A stretch of 64,000 nt of DNA from the IMG/VR virus record IMGVR_UViG_3300032038_000031, positions 42,370 through 106,369 of that record; one strand, 5' to 3'. Positions within the stretch are counted from its first letter, which is position 1. Each line of letters opens with the position of its first letter. The notes under the pieces are model-generated. The model made no database searches. It saw nothing but the letters and a program-made list of their open reading frames with translations, and was not told where the DNA came from. Both the position numbers and the translations under genes were made by a program. Shown here piece by piece: positions 39,144 to 48,854 of the stretch. Origin of the DNA: a virus (lineage: Duplodnaviria > Heunggongvirae > Uroviricota > Caudoviricetes).

Positions 39144-39989
39144 TTATAATTGCAAATAATTCTTAATGAAGTTTTCTTCTGAAATAATAGGAATGCCTTT
39201 TTCTTTTGCAGCTTTATTCTTTGCTGTCATAGATTCTATATCATTGTTAACTAAACAAAAAGTTTTATTTGTAATATTATTTGATACTTTTCCTCCTAGA
39301 GATTCAATTTTTTCTTTTAATTCATTTCTATTCTTAAAAGAGTGTAGTTTTCCTGTAATTACGATAATTTTATCCATTAATGCGGAGTTCTCTTGTATGT
39401 TTATTTTTTCTTCTTTTTGAATATGAATATCTTTATTTGCAATTAATTGATCTGCTATTGAAAAATCATAAGATAATAAAGCAGATTTTTTACTTTCTCC
39501 AAAATCTGGAAGTTCACAAAAATCATAATTATCATTAATAGCATCTCTTAATTCTTCATAAGTAAAGAATTTTTCACACAATTTTTTAGCTACAGTTTTT
39601 CCAATTAATGGTATTCCAAGAGCTGAAATAAAAGCAGACAAACTACAATTCCTACTATATTCAATAGCATTAAGAATATTATCTACTGATTTTATTCCAA
39701 AACCTTCTTTTTTAATCCAATCTTCTCTATGCTTATTTAAAGTAAAAATATCTAATGCGGATGTTACCCAACCCCAATTTATTAATTTATTAAGAGTAGC
39801 TTTAGATAGTCCTTTTATATCTAAACCTTTTTTCCCGCAAAAATATTCTAATCTATTAAGTAAACGTGATTTGCATTGTTCATTAGGACAAAATAAAATC
39901 TTACTATTATTTTCTTGTTTAATTATTAATTCTGTATTGCAAATGGGACAATTTTTTGGAATTTCAAAATATATATATTGCATTATCAT
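39144..39989 (-). CDS. ligA: NAD-dependent DNA ligase C-terminal fragment (Zn-finger, HhH, BRCT) - separately translated
   Basis: CPICNTEL...CPNEQC Zn finger, HhH region, IVITGKL...LGGKVS..KT..LV BRCT; own RBS AAGGAAGA; ATGA overlap with upstream ORF. Confidence 0.75.
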   Translation of the reverse strand: MIMQYIYFEIPKNCPICNTELIIKQENNSKILFCPNEQCKSRLLNRLEYFCGKKGLDIKGLSKATLNKLINWGWVTSALDIFTLNKHREDWIKKEGFGIKSVDNILNAIEYSRNCSLSAFISALGIPLIGKTVAKKLCEKFFTYEELRDAINDNYDFCELPDFGESKKSALLSYDFSIADQLIANKDIHIQKEEKINIQENSALMDKIIVITGKLHSFKNRNELKEKIESLGGKVSNNITNKTFCLVNNDIESMTAKNKAAKEKGIPIISEENFIKNYLQL

Positions 39990-40276
39990 TCTTCCTTATT
40001 TTTTAATATTTTTACTATAGCTTCTGCATGATTTTTATTCAAAGTATAACAATATACTTCTCCAGTAGTAGCACGATACCATGGAATAATATCATAACTT
40101 TCATACTCTCCATTATGGTCATTCCAATGAATAACTAAAGGTTGTTTATCCGCATCCAATTTCCCATAGTATTTTTCTGTTAATATTCCAACTTTTGCCC
40201 AACGGATAATAATATATATATTTATAGCTTTACTATATTTTCTTTTTAATAATAACTGTTTAAATTTCTTTAGCAT
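39986..40276 (-). CDS. hypothetical protein inside ligA split
   Basis: 96 aa, AT-rich, no ribozyme-like structure; coupled to ligA-C. Confidence 0.4.
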   Translation of the reverse strand: MLKKFKQLLLKRKYSKAINIYIIIRWAKVGILTEKYYGKLDADKQPLVIHWNDHNGEYESYDIIPWYRATTGEVYCYTLNKNHAEAIVKILKNKEE

Positions 40277-40964
40277 ATTTATTTTTTTCCTTTTGATAAT
40301 TTAAAATTTGTTCCATGTGCTTTAACCAAAAATCTAAATCATAATCTAATTTCATTAAATTACAATATTTACAAGCTGGAGTACAATTATTTTTGTTATA
40401 GCCTTTTTGAGAATCTATACGGTCTATTCCTATTAAACCTTGTGAATCGCCACAGTAGCTACAAGGTTGAGAAGTTAATGTTTTAAAATCTTGAAAAGTC
40501 AAATTAAAATCAATATTTCTTTTTCGAGCATTTTTTTTATATATATTATATCTACCTTCTACTGAAGAAGTTTGACATTGTTTACATTCTCCTGAATATC
40601 CATCTTTTTGAGCCACATTTTTCCAAAAATCAGAAAGTGGAAGCCATTGTTTGCATCTAAAACATTTTTTCTTAATTATATTACCTTGTTCATCTCTAAT
40701 ATGAATTTTAATATCTGCTAAATTAGCTATTGTTTTTAATCGCTCACAACCACAATTAGTAGAAGTGTGTGCTTTTAAAGTTCTTGCGGAAACAGGTTTG
40801 GTTGTATGTTTATCGCATTGACATTCACAAACCCACATTGCTTTTCCACTGTTATCATTTGTAGTTCTATATAAAACTCTCCATTTTCCAAAGATCTTAT
40901 TTGTTAAATCTTCAGCTCTTCCTATTGATATTTTCGGAAAAATTTTTAAGTATTCACTATCCAT
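40260..40964 (-). CDS. free-standing HNH endonuclease (Zn-module + HNH) inserted in ligA
   Basis: GKWRVL..WVCECQCD module; CSYCGDSQGLIGIDRIDSQKGYNKNNCTPACKYCNLMK HNH; overlaps ligA-N end by 19 nt. Confidence 0.7.
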   Translation of the reverse strand: MDSEYLKIFPKISIGRAEDLTNKIFGKWRVLYRTTNDNSGKAMWVCECQCDKHTTKPVSARTLKAHTSTNCGCERLKTIANLADIKIHIRDEQGNIIKKKCFRCKQWLPLSDFWKNVAQKDGYSGECKQCQTSSVEGRYNIYKKNARKRNIDFNLTFQDFKTLTSQPCSYCGDSQGLIGIDRIDSQKGYNKNNCTPACKYCNLMKLDYDLDFWLKHMEQILNYQKEKNKYAKEI

Positions 40965-42199
40965 TTTCCATTTTCATCCTTTGCACGTTCTATTTTAGGG
41001 ATAATTTGATTTCTCTTTGATACTTCTATTATTTGACCTTTAAAAGGATGTAGTCCTAATGTTTGATGCATAATAGAAATATTTGATAAACTTGCACGAG
41101 AAATTTCCGTTCCATCAATATTTATTTTTTCAAATAGAGCAACTGGTGAAATTTGACCAGTGCGACCCATACTCCATAAAATATCTATTAACTTTGTTTC
41201 ATATAAATCATCTGTAAATTTAAATGCAATACCTCCACGAAAATGATGATCTGTATAACCTAATTTATTATAAATATCTGTATCATCAATTTTTACAACT
41301 ATGCCATCAATAGGATATTCTTTTTCTTTTGCAATATTTACTAAATTTGTAATTACATTTTCTATTTTCTCTAATGTTTGTTGATTATTAGATAAGATGT
41401 CATAAGGAACAACAGTAAAACCTAAACAGTCTAAATAAAATAATTTACTATGTAAATTTTTAACTAATAAATTGTTTGTATTATCTATAGATATTAAATC
41501 CCAAGCAACAAAAGATAAATGCCTTTTTGCACATTCCTCTGAAGATAACAGTCTAATACTTCCCGCAGCAAAATTTCTCGGATTACTATAACTTTTTATT
41601 TTATGCTGGTTAAAGTTTTGATAAGTACAAATAATTTCCCCATCAATAGTTAAGTTACCTTTTGCTTCAATACGATTAGGGATTGAGGGAATTACTAAAG
41701 CATTATGTAAAATATCTTCTCCAATTTCTCCATCTCCTCTTGTTTCTGCTCTTACCAAATAACCATCTTGATAAGATAAAGAACAAGTAAGTCCATCTAA
41801 CTTATTCATTAAAATAATTGGCTCACAAGAATCAGAGTTAGATACAGATTTTGAAAAATTTAATAATGTATTAATATCTTTTGTCTTTTGTAAAGATAAC
41901 ATTTTGTGGTTATGTTTAACCTTATTTAGCTTAGATACAGTATTATAATTAATCTTTTGAGTAGGAGAATTATCACAATAATAACCAGTCTTTTGTTCTA
42001 GTTGAACAAGTAGAAAATAAAACTTATCCCAATCCATATCTGTCAATCCACTATCAAGTCCTTCATCATAAGCAATAGTAGCTTTATTTAATATTGGAAC
42101 AATCTTATTAATTATTTCTATTCTCTTATTGTTATCTTCATTTATAGTAAGTTCAGTTACACCTTGTTGATATAACTCTGCTAATTGATTATCTAACAT
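40946..42199 (-). CDS. ligA: NAD-dependent DNA ligase N-terminal fragment (adenylation + OB domains)
   Basis: KLDGLTCSLSY (KxDG), RAETRGDGEIGEDI, ends GQIIEVSKRNQIIPKIERAK ~ LigA 'GDtVvirRAGdVIPqV'. Confidence 0.8.
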   Translation of the reverse strand: MLDNQLAELYQQGVTELTINEDNNKRIEIINKIVPILNKATIAYDEGLDSGLTDMDWDKFYFLLVQLEQKTGYYCDNSPTQKINYNTVSKLNKVKHNHKMLSLQKTKDINTLLNFSKSVSNSDSCEPIILMNKLDGLTCSLSYQDGYLVRAETRGDGEIGEDILHNALVIPSIPNRIEAKGNLTIDGEIICTYQNFNQHKIKSYSNPRNFAAGSIRLLSSEECAKRHLSFVAWDLISIDNTNNLLVKNLHSKLFYLDCLGFTVVPYDILSNNQQTLEKIENVITNLVNIAKEKEYPIDGIVVKIDDTDIYNKLGYTDHHFRGGIAFKFTDDLYETKLIDILWSMGRTGQISPVALFEKINIDGTEISRASLSNISIMHQTLGLHPFKGQIIEVSKRNQIIPKIERAKDENGKWIVNT

Positions 42200-42237
42200 A
42201 TAAAATTCTCCTTATTTATTTCTAAATAATTATATCA

Positions 42238-42265
42238 AAATATTTTATAAAAAGCAATTTTTATT
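42238..42265 (-). promoter_or_regulatory. phage promoter family copy
   Basis: TTGCTTtttataaaatatttTGATATAAT. Confidence 0.5.
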
Positions 42266-42360
42266 TTGAAAAATCCAAAACCTACTTTTGGTTTTAAAAT
42301 ACGGTCAAGCACACCCCGAAGAAAAATTTTTATAAATTATGATTAAGGATTTTTCCTTAA

Positions 42361-44694
42361 TCATAATTTTACTACTGCGGTTGCAGTAGATTTTATCATC
42401 ATATTTCCTAGACTTTGTCTACTTAATTTTGGAATATCTTTTGCAGAAATACAAATACTATTAGTTGGTCCGATAACAACAATATTATCTTCATCATTAA
42501 TCATTTCTGCTCCAATAATTTCATGACTATTTTTGGTTACAAAAATTCCTTTTCCGCCTTTAGACTGGATAGGAAATTCTTTAAGTTCAATTTTCTTTCC
42601 TAGCCCTTCAGCGGTAAATATTCCTACATAATCATTAGTATTATGAATAGGTAATACTGCAATAACTTCATCATCATCGTTTCTTAAATTAATACCTTTA
42701 ACCCCACTTGTAACTCTTCCTATTGGTGAAATTGTATTAGTTTCAAAACGAATTGCTATACCCTGTTTAGTTATTAAAATTAATTCTTCATCATTTAAAA
42801 AGGTTACTTTAGAGATAGAATCTCCATCTTTTATTTTAATTGCTGTAATACCATTTCGTTTAGTCTTAAAATATTCTTCTATTTTTGTTTTCTTTACCAA
42901 TCCATTTTTAGTAATAAATACAACATATTCAGCCTTACTCTTTCTATATAGAGAGGTAATAGCAATAATATGTTCTTCAGGAGGCAAAGAGATAAGGTTG
43001 TTAATTGGTGTTCCTTTTTCCGCATTTGTCCCTACTGGTACACTATCAACAAGTAAACGATACATCTTACCTTGATCAGAAAACATCATTAAAGTGTCAA
43101 CAGTATTAGTAGAAATACAATTTAATAAAGTATCATTTTGAGTTTTTACTCCTTTTCCAAATCTCTTTTGAACTTTAAAATTTTTACTTGGGACTCTTTT
43201 AATATTTCCGCCTTTAGTCATTACAACAACACAATCTTCTGGGGCAACTGCCTCTATTTCTTTTTCATTAGAAGATGCATTAATTTGAGTAATTTCAGTT
43301 CTTCTTTTATCTCCAAATTTTTTAACAATTTCATTTAAACGATTTCTTAATTCTTGAATTTGAATAGATTTATTTAATAATAGAGCTTTTAAATCAATTA
43401 CTTTTTTATCTAAATCACTTTTTTCTTGTTGTAATTCAATTTTTTCTAATCCCGCTAATCTACCAAGTTTCATATCTACAATAGCTTTTGCTTGATTATC
43501 TGTAAATTTATATATCTTAACAAGATTATCTTTTGCGGCAACTGAAGATTTTGATTTTTTAATTAAACTAATAATATTATCAATATCCTCTAAAGCTCTA
43601 ATAAGACCGTCTACAATTTCTAACCTTGCTTGGGCTTTTGCTAAATCAAATTTAGCTTCTTTGCTAATACAAGAAAGATTATGATTAACATAAATCATAA
43701 TACAATCTTTCAAATTTAATTCAACTGGAGTTTTATCAACAAGTCCTACTTGATTATAAGATACACTGGTTTGAAGTCCAGTTTTAGCAAAAAGTTTTTG
43801 AACAACAGAATCTAAAGATACATCTTTTTTACACTCAATGACAATACGCAAACCTTTTTTGTTACTTTCGTTACGAACATTTTTAACTCCAACAATTTCT
43901 TCATTATCACAAGCTTTACCAATCTCCGCTAAAAGATTTTCTGTATTTTGTCCATAAGGAATTTCATAAAAGACAATTTTATTTTTTTCAAAAGTATATT
44001 TTCCTCTAACTTTAATACTACCATGCCCAGTTTTCATTATTGCGGGGATATCCTTTTGATTAATGATTACTCCTCCTGTTGGGAAATCTGGACCGGGTAG
44101 ACTTGGTTCTTTACCATCCAAATAATCATTAATGGCAGTTGCAACTTCTCCTAAATTATGAGGTAGCCATGAGCAAGCAATAGCGACACCTATGCCACTA
44201 TTAGGGTTACATAGTAAATTTGGAAAAATTGAAGGCAAAGTTGTTGGTTCAAAATCATTTTCATCATAATTTGCAATAAAATCAACATTTTTTTTCTTTA
44301 AATTATTTAATAAACCTAATTCTGCAATTTTAGATAATCTTGCATTTGTATATCTATAAGCGGCTGGTCCATCTCCATCAATATTTCCCATGTTACCATG
44401 AAAATCAATAAGTGGATATCTCATAACCCAAGGCTGAGATAATCGAACCAATGCTCCATATACAGAAGAATCACCGTGAGGATGCCATTTACCAATGACA
44501 TCTCCGACAATTCTAGCACACTTTACATAAGGTTTATTAGAAGTATATTTACCATCATAACCTGCCCATAAAATTCTTCGTGCTACTGGTTTTAGTCCTG
44601 TTCTAGCGTCAGGTAAACTACGATCTGTATTAACTGCCGCCGCATATTCTATAAAATTTGTACTTAATTCATTAATAATATCATTAGTTTGCAT
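42361..44694 (-). CDS. gyrA: type IIA topoisomerase A subunit (GyrA/ParC-like)
   Basis: LPDARTGLKPVARRIL, HPHGDSSVY, catalytic AAYRYTNARL; 777 aa. Confidence 0.85.
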   Translation of the reverse strand: MQTNDIINELSTNFIEYAAAVNTDRSLPDARTGLKPVARRILWAGYDGKYTSNKPYVKCARIVGDVIGKWHPHGDSSVYGALVRLSQPWVMRYPLIDFHGNMGNIDGDGPAAYRYTNARLSKIAELGLLNNLKKKNVDFIANYDENDFEPTTLPSIFPNLLCNPNSGIGVAIACSWLPHNLGEVATAINDYLDGKEPSLPGPDFPTGGVIINQKDIPAIMKTGHGSIKVRGKYTFEKNKIVFYEIPYGQNTENLLAEIGKACDNEEIVGVKNVRNESNKKGLRIVIECKKDVSLDSVVQKLFAKTGLQTSVSYNQVGLVDKTPVELNLKDCIMIYVNHNLSCISKEAKFDLAKAQARLEIVDGLIRALEDIDNIISLIKKSKSSVAAKDNLVKIYKFTDNQAKAIVDMKLGRLAGLEKIELQQEKSDLDKKVIDLKALLLNKSIQIQELRNRLNEIVKKFGDKRRTEITQINASSNEKEIEAVAPEDCVVVMTKGGNIKRVPSKNFKVQKRFGKGVKTQNDTLLNCISTNTVDTLMMFSDQGKMYRLLVDSVPVGTNAEKGTPINNLISLPPEEHIIAITSLYRKSKAEYVVFITKNGLVKKTKIEEYFKTKRNGITAIKIKDGDSISKVTFLNDEELILITKQGIAIRFETNTISPIGRVTSGVKGINLRNDDDEVIAVLPIHNTNDYVGIFTAEGLGKKIELKEFPIQSKGGKGIFVTKNSHEIIGAEMINDEDNIVVIGPTNSICISAKDIPKLSRQSLGNMMIKSTATAVVKL

Positions 44695-46249
44695 ACTTTG
44701 CCTCCTTAGAATACATCTTTATAAATTCTTTTCTTGGCAATACTGATCCGCCCATTAAATCATCAAAAAGCTCATCAGATTTATCTACATCTTCTACTGT
44801 AATTTGTTTAATAATTCTTTGATCAGGGTTAACCAATACTTCAGTTTCCTCTGCATCCATTTCGCCTAATCCTTTTAAGTGCTTTACCTTAAAATTCTTA
44901 CCAATGTGTTTTTGTTTATATTCCTCTAATTCATTATCATCTTTTAAATAAATAATTTTATCCTTAGTTTCTTCAATACAATATAGAGGAGGAACTCCAG
45001 CATATACATATCCTTCCTCAATTAGTTTAGGACAGAAAGTCCATATAAAAGTATAAAAGAGGTTCTTAATATGACTTCCATCAACGTCGGCATCTGACAT
45101 AATAATGATTTTCCCATATCGCAACTCATCTCGATCAAAAGTTAATTTCATTGTTTTTAAATCAACTTTTAGTCCAAAAGCTTCAATCATTGTCATAATT
45201 TCCGCATTTTTTTGAATCTTATCTAGAGTCGCTTTTCTGACATTAAGTATTTTTCCTCTTACTGGAATAACCGCTTGATATTCATTATTTCTTGCAGTCT
45301 TTAAATTACCACTAGCACTGTCACCTTCTGTGACATATACTTCACACTTTAATCGATCTTGAGAATAACAGTCTGCTAATTTAGAATCAAATTTTAAAGC
45401 TTTCTTCTTTTTTATGTTTTGTTTATTTCTAATATTATCTCTTGCTTTTTTTGCAGCTTCTCTTGCCTTTCGGGCGGAAATGGCTTTATCTGCAATAGCT
45501 TTTACTTCTTTTTTATTTTCAGATAACCAATATTGAATTTTATCTGTCAACGCCTGAGTAAAAGGTTTCATATCAATTTTAGTAATTGTACTTTTGACTT
45601 GAGCATCATAAGCAATATTCGGAGCAGTTAAATTAAAAACAATATACATACCCTCTTGAATATCTTCGCCAGATAAATTAGCATCTTTTTCTTTTAGCCA
45701 TTTTTCTTCTCTAAAGAATTTATTAAATTCACGAGTAATTAAAGTTTTAATTTGTGTAATATGAGGACCTTTTTCTGTTAAACCAGTATTGACATAAGGT
45801 ACAATAGTCATTGAATAGTTTGAAGTATAAGTAAGAATAAAATCCATTTTATTTTTACCTTCCGCCATTTGTACTTCACATCTATTTTTTATAATTTCTT
45901 TATCTTTAATTGCTTCATCAACTAAATCATTTAATCCATTTTTAGAATAATAAGTTAATATTTTCTTATCTTTTGGATTATCTGTTTTTTGTATTGTTAA
46001 TTCTATTGTCAACCCTGGACATAAGCATACAATAGTTTTAAATAAAGATTTAACTTTTGGTAATTCAACACTAGTATTAGTAAAAAATTCTTCTGATGGT
46101 TGCCATACAACCTTTGTACCATTTGGTGCTGTTGTTTTACCAGATTTTCTTTCTACAAATTCTCCTTCTTTAAAACTAACCTCTTCCCATAGACCATCTC
46201 TATTTGTTGTTACAGTGCAACAATGTGATAAGAAATTTGTGATTTTGCT
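44684..46249 (-). CDS. gyrB: type IIA topoisomerase B subunit (GyrB/ParE-like) exon 2 (transducer + TOPRIM)
   Basis: begins SKITNFLSHCCTVTTNRDG (~VSVVNALSEWLEVTVKRDG); EVYVTEGDSASG and IMSDADVDGSHI TOPRIM. Confidence 0.8.
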   Translation of the reverse strand, partial: SKITNFLSHCCTVTTNRDGLWEEVSFKEGEFVERKSGKTTAPNGTKVVWQPSEEFFTNTSVELPKVKSLFKTIVCLCPGLTIELTIQKTDNPKDKKILTYYSKNGLNDLVDEAIKDKEIIKNRCEVQMAEGKNKMDFILTYTSNYSMTIVPYVNTGLTEKGPHITQIKTLITREFNKFFREEKWLKEKDANLSGEDIQEGMYIVFNLTAPNIAYDAQVKSTITKIDMKPFTQALTDKIQYWLSENKKEVKAIADKAISARKAREAAKKARDNIRNKQNIKKKKALKFDSKLADCYSQDRLKCEVYVTEGDSASGNLKTARNNEYQAVIPVRGKILNVRKATLDKIQKNAEIMTMIEAFGLKVDLKTMKLTFDRDELRYGKIIIMSDADVDGSHIKNLFYTFIWTFCPKLIEEGYVYAGVPPLYCIEETKDKIIYLKDDNELEEYKQKHIGKNFKVKHLKGLGEMDAEETEVLVNPDQRIIKQITVEDVDKSDELFDDLMGGSVLPRKEFIKMYSKEAKYAN

Positions 46250-46261
46250 CGGTTATTCTTA

Positions 46262-46374
46262 TGTTTCCATAAGCCCTGACTATATCTTACTTATTATAAG
46301 TAATAAGAATGTCCATTTCGAACTGCGTATCAATAGCAGCCCTACTCCTCCGATCCGAGGATAGTCGATACAGC
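46262..46374. repeat. intron 3'-region repeat (copy of 22100..22215)
   Basis: see above. Confidence 0.75.
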
Positions 46375-47298
46375 TTATTGTTTTTTTCTTATTGGATATT
46401 TTTCATTTTTTTGTCGATATGTTGTTCCACAATTTATAGAACTTATTGTTTTTGGTTTTACATTAAATTCATTTGCAATTTTAGACATTGTTTTATTAGG
46501 TTCTTTTTTAAGTTGTTCTATAATTGAAATTACTTGTTCTTGAGTTAATTTTTTTGAACCAGTTTTAGATACTCTTAATGGATATTTTTCGTTTTCTCTT
46601 ATATAAGTTTTCCCATTATTAATATTATGAATTGTTGATTCTGCTACATTAAATTTATGAGCAATTTCTTTCATAGTTAAATTATTTTCTTTTAATAAAA
46701 CAAATATTTCATCTAATATCACTTCATCGAATTTAGAGTTATAATTTAATGTTCCTTTTTTAATCTTCTGAAATCCATTTCTAATAGGATAAATTTCAGA
46801 AGAATGAAAATAAGTTCTACCATTGTTTATATAAGATAAACAATTTAAATTAATATGATATTTTTTTGCTATATCTGTCATAGTTTCTTTACAAGCTTTT
46901 AATTCTTGATAAATTTGTTGAATCTGTTCTTCTGTAAAATTTGCTTGAGAATTTTTGCTACCTATATCAGCTCCATCTCCGCCTTCAGATATATTATATC
47001 CAAATTCTCTATTGTTACTATGATATTTAGCAATCCAATATTTTTCTCTTTTTCGCATTAACTCTCTATTTTCAGCATCTATTTCTTCTAAAAGAATAAA
47101 ATCTTTTATTTTACCGTATTTTTGTATTGCTCTTTCAATAGGTAAATTATTTCTAAAATCAAAATTATGCTCAATCATTCTTCGTCTTATATTGTTACTA
47201 ATTCCAATATATTTTTTATTATTGGGAAAAAGAATCATATAAACACCAGAATAAATATGCTGTTTATCAGAGAGTTTTTGTAAATTTAATTTTTTCAT
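46375..47298 (-). CDS. GIY-YIG homing endonuclease
   Basis: IYSGVYMILFPNNKKYIGISNN..R GIY-YIG; RBS AAAGGTGG. Confidence 0.8.
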   Translation of the reverse strand: MKKLNLQKLSDKQHIYSGVYMILFPNNKKYIGISNNIRRRMIEHNFDFRNNLPIERAIQKYGKIKDFILLEEIDAENRELMRKREKYWIAKYHSNNREFGYNISEGGDGADIGSKNSQANFTEEQIQQIYQELKACKETMTDIAKKYHINLNCLSYINNGRTYFHSSEIYPIRNGFQKIKKGTLNYNSKFDEVILDEIFVLLKENNLTMKEIAHKFNVAESTIHNINNGKTYIRENEKYPLRVSKTGSKKLTQEQVISIIEQLKKEPNKTMSKIANEFNVKPKTISSINCGTTYRQKNEKYPIRKKQ

Positions 47299-47399
47299 AT
47301 AAGAATACCACCTTTGTGTCTTGATACTCTATATGAAAAATATCCAAATTGAATTAAACAATCTTGCCACGGGATTACCATGCTTTATTAAAGTTTAGG

Positions 47400-47465
47400 C
47401 TTCCCCGTTAGCATATATATTATTTATTATATATATACCCCTATGATGAGTAGGTAAAGACATAA
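47400..47465. repeat. intron 5'-region repeat (copy of 20055..20140)
   Basis: see above. Confidence 0.65.
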
Positions 47466-47480
47466 CAGGCAGTTTTATCT

Positions 47481-47846
47481 ACCAATGCCAAAAGAGCCTA
47501 AAGAAGTGCCCTCATATGCACCATCTTCTCGATATTTACCAGAAGTATTCAGTACTGAAAAAGCGGCTTCAAGAATTGATTTTCCATCTTCTCTAAAAGA
47601 ATTACAAATAAAACCTTGACCATAATCTTGTACTACTATTGTATTATCTTTTTCGTATATATATACTTCAATTTTATTACCATGTCCTAATCGAAATTCA
47701 TCAACCGCATTTGAAATAATTTCAACCAATAGCTGAGTTGAATAAGTAGTATCCCCTGCATACACCTGAGGTCTTAATCTTGTAAAAGCCAATGGGTCTA
47801 ATGACTCAATACTATCCTCTGTGTATAAATTGTTATTTGTAGACAT
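47481..47846 (-). CDS. gyrB: GyrB/ParE-like exon 1 (GHKL ATPase N-terminus)
   Basis: LLVEIISNAVDEF (N box), VQDYGQGF (G1), LNTSGKY...GTSLGSFGIG (G2). Confidence 0.8.
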
Positions 47847-47920
47847 TTATCTTCCCCTTCCTAATAACTTAATATAATAGATATTTTAATCTTAATAATT
47901 AATTATATCATTATAATTAA

Positions 47921-47948
47921 TTATATCATTTTTTTTAAGAAATATCAA
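47921..47948 (-). promoter_or_regulatory. phage promoter family copy (tandem -10 boxes)
   Basis: TTGATAtttcttaaaaaaaaTGATATAATtaattataatgatataat. Confidence 0.5.
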
Positions 47949-48231
47949 TTAAAAAATTTGAAATTGGAAATTTTTCTAAAACTAAACAATTTCCATAAAT
48001 AGAAGTATAAATATCTTCAATAATTGTAGAAATCCAATCTTTTCTATTTCGTTTAATATCTATTTTATAATAAAATACAAACCCTTTCTTCTCATTTGAA
48101 GCATGACTTTTCCATTTAATAATATTAGAACCATATCGACTTTCATATAAGATTACTTTCTGAAGATAAGTAGCTTGTTCTGGAGTCCAATGGTGATAAG
48201 AATGAGGTTTAACTTTTATCTTTATAATCAT
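47935..48231 (-). CDS. hypothetical protein
   Basis: 98 aa ORF. Confidence 0.4.
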   Translation of the reverse strand: MIIKIKVKPHSYHHWTPEQATYLQKVILYESRYGSNIIKWKSHASNEKKGFVFYYKIDIKRNRKDWISTIIEDIYTSIYGNCLVLEKFPISNFLIDIS

Positions 48232-48232
48232 A

Positions 48233-48739
48233 TTATTCCCCCTTATAAGTTAGATTATATTGAAACATGATTTTTCTAATTTTAGAAATGTTCTTTGTAG
48301 CAAAAGCATCTACTAATTCATTCCCAAAATTACCATCATGTCCTTTTAGCCATTTTACTTGACAAGATATTTTTTTTATGTTATAATTATTATATAAGGC
48401 TATTTGAGAATAGCAATCATATAATTCTAAAATTAGATCTAAATTTTCTACTACTTGATTTTTTGAATTTTTCCAATCTTTTTTCGCCCAACTATGCATC
48501 CAATTATTAAAAGTTTGTACACAATAATTAGAATCAGAATATAATATATATTCTTCATTAGGATTTTTTAAAACAATATTTTTTAAAGCATAAATAATAG
48601 CTTTTAGTTCTTCTCTATTATTAGTAGTTTCAGCAGTTTGTTCTTGATGAGCATTAATAATAATATTATCTTTTAATGCGGCAATCCCAAAACCACCACC
48701 TTCTTTTCTTTTGCTACCATCTGTATAAATTGTAATCAT
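48233..48739 (-). CDS. rnhA: RNase H (RNase HI-like)
   Basis: MITIYTDGS...EL.A...DS motifs; GGAG RBS 7 nt upstream of this ATG; listed longer N-terminus is translated promoter repeat. Confidence 0.7.
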   Translation of the reverse strand: MITIYTDGSKRKEGGGFGIAALKDNIIINAHQEQTAETTNNREELKAIIYALKNIVLKNPNEEYILYSDSNYCVQTFNNWMHSWAKKDWKNSKNQVVENLDLILELYDCYSQIALYNNYNIKKISCQVKWLKGHDGNFGNELVDAFATKNISKIRKIMFQYNLTYKGE

Positions 48740-48773
48740 TAATTTTCTCCCATCATTTTTATTTTCTATAATA

Positions 48774-48803
48774 ATTATATCATTTTTTTTAAAAAAAATC
48801 AAA
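48774..48803 (-). promoter_or_regulatory. phage promoter family copy within ~60-bp conserved block
   Basis: TTGATTttttttaaaaaaaaaTGATATAAT; block also at 52775-52840 and 55165-55230. Confidence 0.55.
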
Positions 48804-48854
48804 AAAATAGGTATTATAATAAAAATTATAATACCTATAAAATATTTCTTTTAT

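Larger units (their letters stand above)
46250..47480 (-). mobile_element. group I intron in gyrB with GIY-YIG ORF
   Basis: exon 1 ...FGIG(ggT)|agataa...; intron ends aaccG|AGC; restores GyrB GVG-VSVVNALS spacing exactly; R-like gaggatagtcgatacag. Confidence 0.75.

Noticed and set aside
39990-40945. Group I intron or intein explanation for the ligA interruption
   Set aside because: The interval is filled by two AT-rich ORFs with no structured or GC-rich RNA, so there is no ribozyme space. The flanking ligA parts have their own stop and RBS, so it is not an in-frame intein.
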